Shown here one piece after another: positions 20,261 through 30,296 of a stretch of 64,000 bases of DNA. Positions within the stretch are counted from its first letter, which is position 1; the number at the start of each line of letters is the position of its first letter. The notes under the pieces are model-generated. The model was given only the letters and a program-made list of their open reading frames with translations. It was not told the DNA's origin and ran no database searches. The stretch is from a virus: IMG/VR virus record IMGVR_UViG_3300021376_000007; one strand, written 5' to 3'. The translations under genes were made by a program, and so were the position numbers.

Positions 20261-20515
20261 CTAGCGGAACCTCCTGTCCCTGATGTTGTCCTCGTAGGTC
20301 TCGAGGATGTACATGGAGAACCGACGAAGCTCTTCCATGTCTGCCGTGAACTCGGAGCAGTTCTCGTCGAACATCCAGTTTCCGTAGTCAAAAAAGCCTT
20401 CTACGACCATGTTGATTGTCCAAAGGTAGTCTGCGACATTCTTCGGCATCTTCTTGCGGTTCTTGTACCGCTTCTGTTTTGCAGCTGTCGTTGCTGCCCC
20501 GTTTGTTGCTTTCAC
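20261..20515 (-). CDS. Cassette hypothetical protein
   Basis: GGAGG RBS + GTG; leader shared with 20671-20925. Confidence 0.7.
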   Translation of the reverse strand: MKATNGAATTAAKQKRYKNRKKMPKNVADYLWTINMVVEGFFDYGNWMFDENCSEFTADMEELRRFSMYILETYEDNIRDRRFR

Positions 20516-20670
20516 GTTTAACCTCCGTGAATTTGGGTCAGACCTTGTGGTCTAGTTTCTACCCATAAAGAGAAAACCACGCTGGCTGCGTGGTATCTCT
20601 TAACCAATTATCACCGATGTATAGTCGGCCTATATATAGGATGGTCAGTCCTTAGTCAAACAGAATGGCT

Positions 20671-20925
20671 TTAGGCCTTGTCGTTGCGGGACTGGATTTC
20701 GCCTGCGATCTCCAAGCACCACTGACAGGTGGGAGGAGTGTCGCTCAGGAACTCAAGGCCGTCTGCCTCTCGCCTGTGCGGCATTTCATTCCAGAACGGA
20801 GTTGGGTTGTTCAACGCACACACAAGTGCTGCGCTAGACATTCCACCTCCGTTGACGTAGTGGGTGTCGCCCATCCACGCAATCACCAGAAACATCGCTG
20901 TTTCCTTCCCGTTTGTTGCTTCCAC
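20671..20925 (-). CDS. Cassette hypothetical protein with Cys motifs
   Basis: GGAGG RBS + GTG; H..C...CQWC. Confidence 0.7.
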   Translation of the reverse strand: MEATNGKETAMFLVIAWMGDTHYVNGGGMSSAALVCALNNPTPFWNEMPHRREADGLEFLSDTPPTCQWCLEIAGEIQSRNDKA

Positions 20926-21055
20926 GTTTAACCTCCGTGAATTTGGGTCAGACCTTGTGGTCTAGTTTCTACCCATAAAGAGAAAACCACGCTGGCTGCG
21001 TGGTTCTCTTTTAACTATAAAATTAGTTATACCTATGTATTTAAAATTATTATTA

Positions 21056-21289
21056 TTATTCAAACAATGTTGGCTTGTGGTACCAAGGGCAAACTGGAGT
21101 TGGTTGTTCTTTTCTGTCGTGCGTATAGATGAACTGGTAACATGCCCAGCACAAAGTCAAAACATTGGGATGTCTTGATGTAAGTGTGTCATAGTGAAAC
21201 TCATAGTGATTATGATTCTTACATTCGTGACACTGCTTGTATCCTGAGTATTCCCAGTTACGACGGCTGTTTTTCTTGTTGTTCGACAT
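21056..21289 (-). CDS. Zn-ribbon hypothetical protein
   Basis: CHEC...CWAC; GAAAGG RBS. Confidence 0.65.
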   Translation of the reverse strand: MSNNKKNSRRNWEYSGYKQCHECKNHNHYEFHYDTLTSRHPNVLTLCWACYQFIYTHDRKEQPTPVCPWYHKPTLFE

Positions 21290-21318
21290 TTCTGTTTCCT
21301 TTCTGTCGTTTTAGTTTT

Positions 21319-23280
21319 CTAGTTGGCACCCAAGTAAGTGGAACTGACGTTGACGTCAAGTTTCTGGTTGATGAATTTGACAATTGGCTTACGGTGCTCG
21401 TCCTCAAGAGCAGCGTTGAACCTGCCCAGAAGCTGACGAAGTTGCATTGCACTTGTGATTTCGGCATGACCGATCCAATTGCCTTTACGATCCTTGAAAC
21501 CAAGGATCATTGAGGAGCCATTTACAACTATGTCTCCGTAGGTACCAATGCAATTCTCTTGCGCTGCTCCCCACTCAACCAAGTCATGAGTCTGAGTTGG
21601 AACAATTACTTGAATGTCATCGTTGATCCAGGTGCCCTGATGCTTCAAGAACTTCTTGTTGAAAACGGTGTTCTTCAGTTTTCTGTTCTCCTGCTTGATC
21701 TTTGCGTGTTCAGCAATGACATAGTCGTGAATCTCCCTAATTGTCATTGAATTGTTCTTGACGTGAGTGATGATTGCAGTGCGATGTGTCTTGTTTGTGA
21801 TCGACTTCATCGCTGAGACTACGTCCTGCATGTAACTAATCGGTGTGTACAAACGATGGGCATAACGATCAAGGTAGTATGTGTCGTCCTCTTTCGTTGG
21901 ATCCATGAGGTCATCAATGTACGCCTGCTTTGCTCCAAACATCTTGAAGAATCGCCTTGTTTCTTCTTCGGTCTTGATCATCACCAGTGGAAGTGGATGA
22001 GTCGTAATGGCAGATAGATTTGGTGGGAAATGGAGATCCAAATCAATATTGTTGAACACTGTTGAAGGAAAGTCGCGCAGAACACGAGCCCACCAGATTG
22101 CAACACGCAGTTTGACAAGCGAGTCAATGTTGTTTCGACCACCAAACATGTGCTTTGTGACACCGTTGACGCCACTCTTTCCATAGGCCTTGTTGATGAT
22201 TTCCTTGACATCCATGCAGCCACCAACCCAGTACAACAGGCTCATGTCAATCCCAAACGGGTGCAACATAGCGATGTCGAAGTTCATCCTCGTAGCAGTG
22301 ATGTACTTTGTAATCGGCAGCCAGTCTGCAACCTCAGTTGTCTGATGAAGGTACTCATAAATCCGCAGGGGAATTGGATTGGTACCTGCAGAGCGACCCA
22401 CTTTTGGAACAAGCTTCTTTCTTTCCATCATTGAGTACGATGCTCCGAAGATGAACTTCTGACCCTTCTTTCCGCGAACTCTCACCCACATGATTCTCAA
22501 GCCATCTTTGGTGCGAGTGATCATCATGGCATATGGCCACTTCTTCTTGTAGTGAGAACCAGAAGTGCTAGCTGTGTAAGTGTTGAATTCAATCAGCAGC
22601 CTGCGCTTCTGCTTTTCGTCTTGGCTTCTTCCAGTGATATCGCTGACCAGGAATTCAGTAATGTCAACAGATCCTTCACCTGTGTGCTTTTTGATCTTCG
22701 GCTGCAGGATCCTGTATGAGTACACGTATCCAGGATTGTAGTTCTCATCATCCCAGGGACAGAGAACAGTAGCTGGGGTTTGTACCCACTCGCCAGGGTG
22801 AAGACCTAGGCGGGCGGACTGCAACCGTTCACTTTTGCTTTCCAAAATGTGGCTCTCCATCTGAAACTTCTCGAAAAGGAACTCTTCAGCCAACCTTTCG
22901 ACCGCGTAGGTCTCTTTGTCAAGCTTGACTGCTTTCTTCCAATCTCGAAACGAGTACTCATCTGTTTCGGTATAAGCCTGCATTTTCTTCTCAAGCAGAT
23001 CAAATATCTGATGTGCTTTGATCCATGCAAGGACCAGTTCCATGTTTGACATTTCCTCAAATGGCTTTGTGAGGATGGACATGTCAAACTCGTACAATGA
23101 TCCATCTTTGCGTCTCATCATGTATTTCAAGGTTTTTGCTTCCCTTATGTCGTTGAATGGGTTTTGGGTGATTTCATCCATAGAAACAACCTCCTGTGTT
23201 GGTGGGATGAATATGGGGATTGGTATCGGTTCTCCATTGACCGATTGGTAGTGGGTGGATGGGACAGGGTGATCGCTCAT
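21319..23280 (-). CDS. PcfJ-like domain protein
   Basis: C-terminal IHD...IVPTQTHDLVEWGAAQENCIGTY...ILGFK pattern. Confidence 0.7.
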   Translation of the reverse strand: MSDHPVPSTHYQSVNGEPIPIPIFIPPTQEVVSMDEITQNPFNDIREAKTLKYMMRRKDGSLYEFDMSILTKPFEEMSNMELVLAWIKAHQIFDLLEKKMQAYTETDEYSFRDWKKAVKLDKETYAVERLAEEFLFEKFQMESHILESKSERLQSARLGLHPGEWVQTPATVLCPWDDENYNPGYVYSYRILQPKIKKHTGEGSVDITEFLVSDITGRSQDEKQKRRLLIEFNTYTASTSGSHYKKKWPYAMMITRTKDGLRIMWVRVRGKKGQKFIFGASYSMMERKKLVPKVGRSAGTNPIPLRIYEYLHQTTEVADWLPITKYITATRMNFDIAMLHPFGIDMSLLYWVGGCMDVKEIINKAYGKSGVNGVTKHMFGGRNNIDSLVKLRVAIWWARVLRDFPSTVFNNIDLDLHFPPNLSAITTHPLPLVMIKTEEETRRFFKMFGAKQAYIDDLMDPTKEDDTYYLDRYAHRLYTPISYMQDVVSAMKSITNKTHRTAIITHVKNNSMTIREIHDYVIAEHAKIKQENRKLKNTVFNKKFLKHQGTWINDDIQVIVPTQTHDLVEWGAAQENCIGTYGDIVVNGSSMILGFKDRKGNWIGHAEITSAMQLRQLLGRFNAALEDEHRKPIVKFINQKLDVNVSSTYLGAN

Positions 23281-23904
23281 GGCAGACCTCCTTTCTAGAC
23301 TCTCGGACGCCGTCTAGTAGCGTTTGATAGACCTAACGTCTACCATTAAAGGGAAAACCACACTGGCTGTGTGGCTCCCCCTTACTAGTGGTGGATATTG
23401 CAATCCCTGGTTATTTGCCAGGGCAGGAAAGCCGACTGGTCGACTAGAGGGTTTCGGCCTCGTCGTCGTCCAGCTCGCCCATGAGGTCAGCCAGTTCAGC
23501 CGACACCGAGAAGGATCCCTTCAAGATGTCGAGCTGCGACTCACCCTTGCTCCACACCGAGGCCTGCAGACCGTTGATGGTCTCGCCGTCCTTGATGTAG
23601 ACGTTGGGCTTGACCTCGGTCACGACGAACTCGTCGCAGTTGAGGACCAGCTTCCAGTTGTTCTTCAGTGACGCCACCTTGGCCTTGGTGTAGATGGCGA
23701 GCTTCTCGGGGAAGATCTCCATCGTCACCGTGAGCCGGTCGAGGTCCGAGTCCTCCAGCCCAGTGAGGGCCTTCAGTTCGGCTCGGGGCACTCCCACGAG
23801 GACGGTGTGGAACACTCCACCGCCGTCCTTGCGGTTGTTGGCCTTGGGGACGCTGTTGATGAACAGCTTTTTCTTCATGGCAACCTCCAAGTTGTCATGT
23901 CAGG
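23247..23904. repeat. About 658-bp direct repeat, copy 2
   Basis: Matches 19380-20037. Confidence 0.95.
23444..23878 (-). CDS. Putative OB-fold/SSB-like protein, paralog 2 copy b (identical protein)
   Basis: Same 144-aa sequence as 19577-20011. Confidence 0.6.
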   Translation of the reverse strand: MKKKLFINSVPKANNRKDGGGVFHTVLVGVPRAELKALTGLEDSDLDRLTVTMEIFPEKLAIYTKAKVASLKNNWKLVLNCDEFVVTEVKPNVYIKDGETINGLQASVWSKGESQLDILKGSFSVSAELADLMGELDDDEAETL

Positions 23905-24173
23905 CAGACATGATTGTTTAACCACAATGTGTCTACTTCACTGTGGCCTACTGATTTATGCTATGCCTCACGACACAGCCTGGTGGTAGGCACCAGGTTC
24001 CTGTCTCCTCTTTCTTAAAGACCCAGGGACCAGGTCTAGATAAGGCCTAAGGCCTACCCATAAAGGGAAAACCACACTGGCTGTGTGGCTCTCCCCTACT
24101 AATGGTGGATATTACAATCCCTGGTTATTTGCCAGGGTAGGCAGGGTTAGCTACTCCCTGAGTGGTGAGAATT

Positions 24174-24353
24174 CTAGTCCTCGAGATCGAGTTGGATGAC
24201 TAGTGGATCCTCGTCCTCGCATGCCGGGCATACGAGGTAGCTGTCTGAAGAAGTTGGCACCATATCTGCATCGCAGTGTGGAAACCAGACAACTTCACGC
24301 ATCGTCAAGCCGTGCTTGTGGCACGACTCTTCGACACGGTTCAGCTTGACCAT
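24174..24353 (-). CDS. Cassette Zn-ribbon microprotein (59 aa)
   Basis: Manual translation MVKLNRVEESCHKHG...CPACED; AAGGAGG RBS. Confidence 0.65.
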   Translation of the reverse strand: MVKLNRVEESCHKHGLTMREVVWFPHCDADMVPTSSDSYLVCPACEDEDPLVIQLDLED

Positions 24354-24449
24354 TTTTCACCTCCTTTCAAAGGTTTGAAGGCCTTGGCAACCGTCAAGCT
24401 ACCAATAAAGAGAGAACCCCTTTCGGGGCCCTCTCCGAACTGCCTTTCT

Positions 24450-24677
24450 TCAGTTCTCTTCGTTGATCATTCCGATTTCACGCAGTTCTTCGCGTGAGTA
24501 TGTGAACAGCATCCACTTGATTGCCTTTTTGACTGCTTTGTCCAAGGACATCCAATTGTGGCTGTTGATCTGGATTGATTGTGCATGAAAGAGGATTTTC
24601 TCTGCTCCAGTGAAGCCGTATTTGTGGTACAGCTTTTCCTTGATTTGAGTTTCCTTGTATTCACGTTTCAGTAACAC
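24450..24677 (-). CDS. Cassette hypothetical protein
   Basis: AAGGAG RBS; lies between two repeat copies. Confidence 0.7.
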   Translation of the reverse strand: MLLKREYKETQIKEKLYHKYGFTGAEKILFHAQSIQINSHNWMSLDKAVKKAIKWMLFTYSREELREIGMINEEN

Positions 24678-24775
24678 TATGTGCTCCTTGATTGTTTGTT
24701 GTTGGTTTTAGGCAGCCGTCAAGCTACCAATAAAGAGAGAACCCCTTTCGGGGCTCTCTCCATTGCTGCCTTTCT

Positions 24776-25195
24776 TCAGCTATTTGATGTCTTTCCTGTC
24801 ACCCAGTCCTTGGCAATTTCAATCGCCTCCTCCTTGGTGTAGCCCCTGTTGTACAGCGTTCTGTGACTGCCCAACTGGACTCCGTACTGGACTTCTGCCG
24901 AGTTCTTCTGCTTGTAGACAAGTGCCCACATGTTCGTGGGATCGGTCACTGCTCGAATTTCGGCTACGTATAACGCATCTTCGTCTATTCTGACGTTTAT
25001 TGCGATTCCGTTGATCACATCAGTGGTCATGTTGACCAGATTCAGGAGCTGTTCAGCTTCTTCTATCTGATTTCCCATGTTCCTCAGCTTTTCTGTCAGT
25101 TCGGTGTGCAACTTTCGATATGCTGCTAGCTCCTCTCTGACTTCAGCGTCGCGACCAAATAAGGTCACCACCTTGTGATTCCAGTGTATTGTCAT
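24776..25195 (-). CDS. Cassette hypothetical protein with coiled coil
   Basis: GGAGG RBS before MTIHWNHK; longer ORF-track start runs through the repeat. Confidence 0.7.
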   Translation of the reverse strand: MTIHWNHKVVTLFGRDAEVREELAAYRKLHTELTEKLRNMGNQIEEAEQLLNLVNMTTDVINGIAINVRIDEDALYVAEIRAVTDPTNMWALVYKQKNSAEVQYGVQLGSHRTLYNRGYTKEEAIEIAKDWVTGKTSNS

Positions 25196-25314
25196 GGTTT
25201 TTCCTCCATGTTCTGCCCACATCACAGCGATGTAGGACTTGGCAGCCGTCAAGCTACCCATAAAGAGAAAACCCCATTTCTGGGGTCCTCTCTCCGTTTG
25301 CCTGACCACTATGG

Positions 25315-25728
25315 TTACTTGTGGGTTTTCGGTGCCTTGGCAGGGTGTCCAGTGTGGCGGCCCATGCAGCCACCCTGTCCAGCCTTGCGGAAGCAGTACG
25401 AGCACCGACCGTCGACTTCTGCGTCGTTGATCCGTGCTTGCTTGTCCTGTTGAAGTTGGCGCAACTCCTGCACTTGCTGGTGCAACGCCTCCATCTCCTC
25501 AGCGATTACGTCAGCGTTGAGCTTCAGCATCTCTTGGAGAAAAGACTGCAGGTCTTCGAGGCCGTTGAGAGTCTGTTCCACATTCTGTGTGAACTCATCG
25601 TCTCGCGGGATCTCGTTGACCCACTTGCCGAGCTTCTGTGTCGCCTTGGGGTCATACCCCAGAATCGTCATGAAGCCAATCAAAAAGGTGACCGCCGAAA
25701 CGGCCTCCTCCATCTTCTTTTCCTTCAT
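25315..25728 (-). CDS. Cassette coiled-coil protein with C-terminal Cys/His cluster
   Basis: GAGG RBS before MKEKK; CSYC...C..H..H. Confidence 0.7.
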   Translation of the reverse strand: MKEKKMEEAVSAVTFLIGFMTILGYDPKATQKLGKWVNEIPRDDEFTQNVEQTLNGLEDLQSFLQEMLKLNADVIAEEMEALHQQVQELRQLQQDKQARINDAEVDGRCSYCFRKAGQGGCMGRHTGHPAKAPKTHK

Positions 25729-25873
25729 TGTTATACCTCTTTCGTGGTAGTCGCAATCAGGCAAACTGGGAGGCTGTCAACCTACCCATAAAAGAAAAAC
25801 CACACTGGCAGTGTGGTATTCTTTATATAACTCATTGATAATAATCAACTACTTGAGCATGTCTGACTTGAGA

Positions 25874-26086
25874 CTACTGGTCCCAGGCCTTGGCTGCCTT
25901 CACGAGGGCTTTTTTGGCGTCCAGCTCCTGCCGCAGCAGGATCTTGTACTCCTCCATGTCCTCGGGAAAGCGACACCTGAGGAACTCTCCGCGCACCTTC
26001 AAGAGGGCCACACAGGCCTCCAGCAGGTTCTTGTCGATGTCCTCGGCGTGATCGTGATTGCTCATCTCGATCTCCCCTTTCTCCAC
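25874..26086 (-). CDS. Cassette hypothetical protein
   Basis: Lies between repeat copies; start may be MSNHD. Confidence 0.65.
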   Translation of the reverse strand: MEKGEIEMSNHDHAEDIDKNLLEACVALLKVRGEFLRCRFPEDMEEYKILLRQELDAKKALVKAAKAWDQ

Positions 26087-26302
26087 AGAGTCACCTGTGG
26101 TGAGGTGCGCACACCGGGTTGGTGTACGTCTTGGTATTCAACAAGCTTCTGTGCTGGATGCACAGGGCTTGGTGTCTACCCATAAAGAGAAAACCGCACT
26201 AAAAAGCACGGTTTCTCAATCACCAATTGTGTTTCTCAATCACCAAGTATTAAGATATGTATAGGATGGTGAATCCTTGGTTCGCCCTTGCCTAAGCAAT
26301 GG

Positions 26303-26722
26303 CTACTTCGTGAACCCCTCGGTGACGTTGAAGATGTTGATCTCCATCTTGGTGATGTGCTCCTCGTTGTACATAACGACGATGTCATCACGCTGGATTT
26401 CTTTCTTCAGCCAAGCCTTAAGGCACTCAGTCACAACGTGATGAGTGATGTCCTTTGTCGGGCTCAGGAGATGAAACGGGTCGGTCTTCTCCAACTCGGA
26501 GTTATACTCACTGACTACGGTAAACGCCCAGTTAAAGCCTTTTTCAAGACCAATCAACTCGACGTCAACCCAGCGAGGGCACTCAACAGGCATGCCGTCG
26601 ACAAAATCGCGCACATGAGTGACGATCTCGTCATACAGCAGGTCAGCAGATGCCCACAGAAGCAGAGCTCCAATAGGGAGATTCATGAGAGCTTCGACAA
26701 GCCCCCAATCCTTCTCGTCCAT
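26303..26722 (-). CDS. Cassette hypothetical protein
   Basis: GAAAGGA RBS before MDEKDW. Confidence 0.7.
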   Translation of the reverse strand: MDEKDWGLVEALMNLPIGALLLWASADLLYDEIVTHVRDFVDGMPVECPRWVDVELIGLEKGFNWAFTVVSEYNSELEKTDPFHLLSPTKDITHHVVTECLKAWLKKEIQRDDIVVMYNEEHITKMEINIFNVTEGFTK

Positions 26723-26846
26723 GGTTTCCTTTCGGGTGGCCTCTACCAAGAGACTCTTAGTCTACCCATAAAGAAAGAACCCCTTTCGGGGCCCTTTCTT
26801 TGAACTGCCTTTTCAGTTCATTGCAGGAATGTTGCTTGTTCGCCCT

Positions 26847-27101
26847 TTACGGGTTGATTTTTCCGTTGGGGAACTGGACAATGTCACCAATCTCAACAGA
26901 TCCGTACTTCATTGAAATGTAGTACATTGCTGTCTCTAGGTCTCCCCAGCAATTGGTGATCACCCCATCCCACTTGGTCCAACCCTCCTGAACTGTCACG
27001 GTTGCACCGTTGCACCAGGATGTTTCCTGATGCTGGACGCATCCCTTGAATGTCCAGGAAAGGATCGCCACCAAGGTTATGGCGATGATTCCTTTCTTCA
27101 T
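26847..27101 (-). CDS. Cassette exported LysM-like protein
   Basis: Signal/anchor MKKGIIAITLVAIL, then VTVQEGWTKW...EIGDIVQFP. Confidence 0.55.
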   Translation of the reverse strand: MKKGIIAITLVAILSWTFKGCVQHQETSWCNGATVTVQEGWTKWDGVITNCWGDLETAMYYISMKYGSVEIGDIVQFPNGKINP

Positions 27102-27216
27102 GGTAGTTTCCTTCCATGTTCTGCCCACATCACAGCGATGTAGGACTTGGCAGCCGTCAAGCTACCCATAAAGAGAAAACCCCTTTCGGGGTAATCTCTC
27201 CGATTTGCTCTAGTCC

Positions 27217-27786
27217 TTAAGCAGAAGAACTCGGCAGATTGATTGCCTTGTAACGGCTAAACAGGCTGGAAATCCACCTTTCCGGCGTGTACCTAAAGGA
27301 CTGGTCCCATCCGACACACACCGACGGGCTGAAAATCTCGTGGTGCAAGTCCATGTCGCCAAATGACTTGGCATGCTCTTCCTTAATCGTCTCCCAGAGC
27401 TCAACCCTGTTCAGCTCATGCAGCCTTCCAATACGCCAACACCACTCGTGATACATGCAATCATCGTCGCTGTCGACAAACTCTCCATTTGCGTTCAACG
27501 GATACGAAAACTGTGTCCACATAAGGGTGCCCTCGTCGACCGAAAGCAACAGAGAAACTGTCACCCAGTTGCCAAGCTGCTCGTCGCCAACCTGCTTAAA
27601 GAAGCTGCCAACAACACCCAGGCTGTCCTTCTTGTCCTTCACCAACATACGGTTGGTGACGACAATGCCATTGTCCTCGAGACGAAGGATCAACCCATCG
27701 ATTCCCGGCATGTCGAGAATCTTTTGGTAGTCAGGCCTGGCCTGACTTGAGATAGAGGGGCGGATAGGGGCAAAGAAGTCGCTCAT
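27217..27786 (-). CDS. Cassette hypothetical protein
   Basis: AAGGAG RBS before MSDFF. Confidence 0.7.
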   Translation of the reverse strand: MSDFFAPIRPSISSQARPDYQKILDMPGIDGLILRLEDNGIVVTNRMLVKDKKDSLGVVGSFFKQVGDEQLGNWVTVSLLLSVDEGTLMWTQFSYPLNANGEFVDSDDDCMYHEWCWRIGRLHELNRVELWETIKEEHAKSFGDMDLHHEIFSPSVCVGWDQSFRYTPERWISSLFSRYKAINLPSSSA

Positions 27787-27906
27787 GGCGAACTCCTTTC
27801 TCCAGACTTTTTTGCGCAAGCCTGGTCGGGCGCAGGTAACCGAGTGGCTACCCATAAAGAAAAAACCTCTTTCGAGGTCTTCTCCTTTGAACAGCTTTTC
27901 TTCTGC

Positions 27907-28386
27907 TCATATATCGAATGAACGTGCATTGTGCCAATCAATCAAGTCCTCCACGTGCTGAGGCATTGCTTCAATGATTGCCGAAAAGGTTTCGTTGTAA
28001 TCATTAACGTTTTCCACCTTGTTATCAAAAGTTGTCCGCGTCGAGTCCATAGCCAAATAAACGTCGTATTCCTGATGATTCACATCAACATCAAATCGTG
28101 TTTCAATGAAATCGGTTCGAGTCGATGCCATCCACGTCAAATCAACACTAATTATAGCCTGCTCACCGTACGCAAGCTCCAACGTGACAAGAGCGCTATG
28201 AGTTGCACCAACGACATTGTCGATCACAACAACACAACCAATGACAGGAAGAATCACCTTGTTTACCACCACGGCCCTTTCAGAGATAGCGACATTGTGG
28301 TAGTCTTGAACACAATCAACAAACTGTGTCCAAGTTGGAATTTCATAGAGGCTAGCGGGGTGGATGCGGCGAGGAGTAATGTTCAT
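27907..28386 (-). CDS. Cassette hypothetical protein
   Basis: AAGGAG RBS before MNITP. Confidence 0.7.
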   Translation of the reverse strand: MNITPRRIHPASLYEIPTWTQFVDCVQDYHNVAISERAVVVNKVILPVIGCVVVIDNVVGATHSALVTLELAYGEQAIISVDLTWMASTRTDFIETRFDVDVNHQEYDVYLAMDSTRTTFDNKVENVNDYNETFSAIIEAMPQHVEDLIDWHNARSFDI

Positions 28387-28536
28387 GACATTCTCCTTTC
28401 TCCAGATTCTTGTACGCCAATCTGGTAGCGCAGATAGACAGTAGAGTCTACCCATAAAGAGAAAACCCCCCGAAGAGGGTAATCTCTAGTGTTTGTTCTG
28501 TTGCCAGGCGGTCACTACGCCCCGAGTCTTATTCAG

Positions 28537-28707
28537 TTAGTCTGTCAACTCGACGTCGGCAAAACGAGCCAAGAGAGCCCATTCCTGGTGTCTCCAAGCA
28601 TCGTCGTCCCAACGGACGAGTCTGAAGCACTCGCAACAGACATGACCGTCCCGCAGTTTGCGGAAATCGGTCAGTCCGTGCTCAGTGCACAGACCACGCT
28701 TGCCCAT
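28537..28707 (-). CDS. Cassette Zn-binding microprotein (56 aa)
   Basis: Manual translation MGKRGLCTEHG...CCEC; AAGGAGG RBS. Confidence 0.65.
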   Translation of the reverse strand: MGKRGLCTEHGLTDFRKLRDGHVCCECFRLVRWDDDAWRHQEWALLARFADVELTD

Positions 28708-28808
28708 ATTTACCTCCTTTCTGGATAGATGACCTACCTGGTCTGGGATCTACCCATAAAGAGAAAACCCCATTTCTGGGGTCCTCTCCTTTGAGCATCC
28801 TTTTTTGC

Positions 28809-29327
28809 TCAGTAGTCAGTGCCCTTCTGAAAGAGCCCTTCCACCAGGAACTCCAAGTTTTTCTCGAAGTCCTGGTCCACGATGTGGACCAGTGGCACGT
28901 TGGCGTGGAACCACATCGCACCCAGTTGCGGGTTGTACCCGATGCTGTTGTGGAGCTCCACGTACTGCCTGTAGTGCTCGGAAGGGACGAGGACGTATGC
29001 GACGAACGGGTAGCGATCACCATACTTGTCGAATCGCCATGAAATGGTTAACTCGACGAAGTAGGAGACACCGGGATCGGGCTCGCCTCGGATCAACCGA
29101 GTAGAGTAGCCGACTGGTACCATGTTGATGACGTACCTGCTGAGACGCTCCGTGGCGGATTGCGCCGCGTAGGAAACGCTGTCAGACTGGACGTTGAAGA
29201 TGGCTTGGAGCAACAAGATGAACTTGTACTCCTTCCCCGTCTTGGTTGACGAGAAGTAAAAGAACCTCTCGTCTGTCCAGTATGACAACTCCGAACGCAG
29301 GTCTTCGTCCTGCATCTGACTGTCCAT
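28809..29327 (-). CDS. Cassette hypothetical protein
   Basis: AAGGAG RBS; 172 aa. Confidence 0.75.
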   Translation of the reverse strand: MDSQMQDEDLRSELSYWTDERFFYFSSTKTGKEYKFILLLQAIFNVQSDSVSYAAQSATERLSRYVINMVPVGYSTRLIRGEPDPGVSYFVELTISWRFDKYGDRYPFVAYVLVPSEHYRQYVELHNSIGYNPQLGAMWFHANVPLVHIVDQDFEKNLEFLVEGLFQKGTDY

Positions 29328-29525
29328 TGGGATTTCTCCTTGATATGCGCACGGAGTTACCGTACGACTTGGCAGCTGTCAAACTACCCATAAAGAGAAA
29401 AGACCCATGCTGAAGGTGTGATAACGTGTATCAGAGCCTCCCTACATGGGTCTTTCTCTTTGATGGCTTCTGGTCCCAGGCTACCAATCAGGCCCGGCTT
29501 GACTTAACAGCTGTGTGCTACGTGA

Positions 29526-29699
29526 CTACTTCGGCCAGACACGGGTCACCGTGAAGAGTTCTGCGAGGTTGGCCTCGTAGTACCCACGGTTCCTGATCTG
29601 GACCCGGAGCCGTGCCTGGAGCGGGTTCTTGGCCAGCACCTTCACGGACCTCGGGTGTCCGGAGTGAGCGCACGTGTAGCGCACCTTCCAGAGGACCAT
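29526..29699 (-). CDS. Cassette basic microprotein (57 aa)
   Basis: Manual translation MVLWKVRY...; AAGGAGG RBS. Confidence 0.65.
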   Translation of the reverse strand: MVLWKVRYTCAHSGHPRSVKVLAKNPLQARLRVQIRNRGYYEANLAELFTVTRVWPK

Positions 29700-29814
29700 A
29701 TGAGGACCTCCTTTCCCCCAGTTTTTAACGCAACTGAGTTGGCGTAGGAGCCCAAGTCAATGGGCTACCCATAAAGGAAAAACGGGCGAACTTACCACCC
29801 GTTATCCTTTTGGT

Positions 29815-29967
29815 TCAGTCCTGAAGAATCTTGGCGATCACCTCTTCAAGATCGGTCCACGAAAACCATTCTTGGTCTGCGATGTTCCTCTCTTGAATTG
29901 CTTCTGCCAAGTCCTTTTGCACCTGCTCAAGGCCAGTGCGGACCTTATCCGGTAATGCCATCGGCAT
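29815..29967 (-). CDS. Cassette microprotein (about 50 aa)
   Basis: Manual translation (MP)MALPDKVRT...; AAGGAG RBS. Confidence 0.6.
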   Translation of the reverse strand: MPMALPDKVRTGLEQVQKDLAEAIQERNIADQEWFSWTDLEEVIAKILQD

Positions 29968-30095
29968 CTCCTTTGTATTGGGCCCAGACTTTCATGCCTG
30001 GGGACTACCCATAAAGAGAAAACCCCCCGAAGGGGGCTTCTCCCGTGATTGTGAGTAACAGAGGTTCACATAATCCTCCGGTCCATATTTGAGGA

Positions 30096-30296
30096 TCAGC
30101 CAAAGATCTCCGGGAGCAGCTCGATCAGCGAGTTGTCCAACTTGCGCTGGTCAACCGTGAACGCTGTGATTCCCTTCCTCTCGAGCTCGTGGATCCTGAA
30201 ACGGATGTCTTCGACTTCCGTTGCCAGCTTCACACGCTCCTCGATGGACGCGTTGGTGGGGCCCATGTCACCTCCTTTCATGGATTGTAGAGACAT
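30096..30296 (-). CDS. Cassette hypothetical protein
   Basis: Two in-frame RBS-led starts. Confidence 0.65.
   Translation of the reverse strand: MSLQSMKGGDMGPTNASIEERVKLATEVEDIRFRIHELERKGITAFTVDQRKLDNSLIELLPEIFG

Noticed and set aside
19380-23904. 658-bp repeat pair as the template/variable repeats of a diversity-generating retroelement
   Set aside because: Only about two mismatches, no adenine-specific variation, no reverse transcriptase in the window
24776-29391. ATG within TATGGGTAG as a leaderless start (track ORFs beginning MGS/MGR, or reading FLFMGS)
   Set aside because: In frame with the downstream gene in only some copies, absent in the TATTGGTAG copies (24399, 24724), and each gene has its own strong RBS
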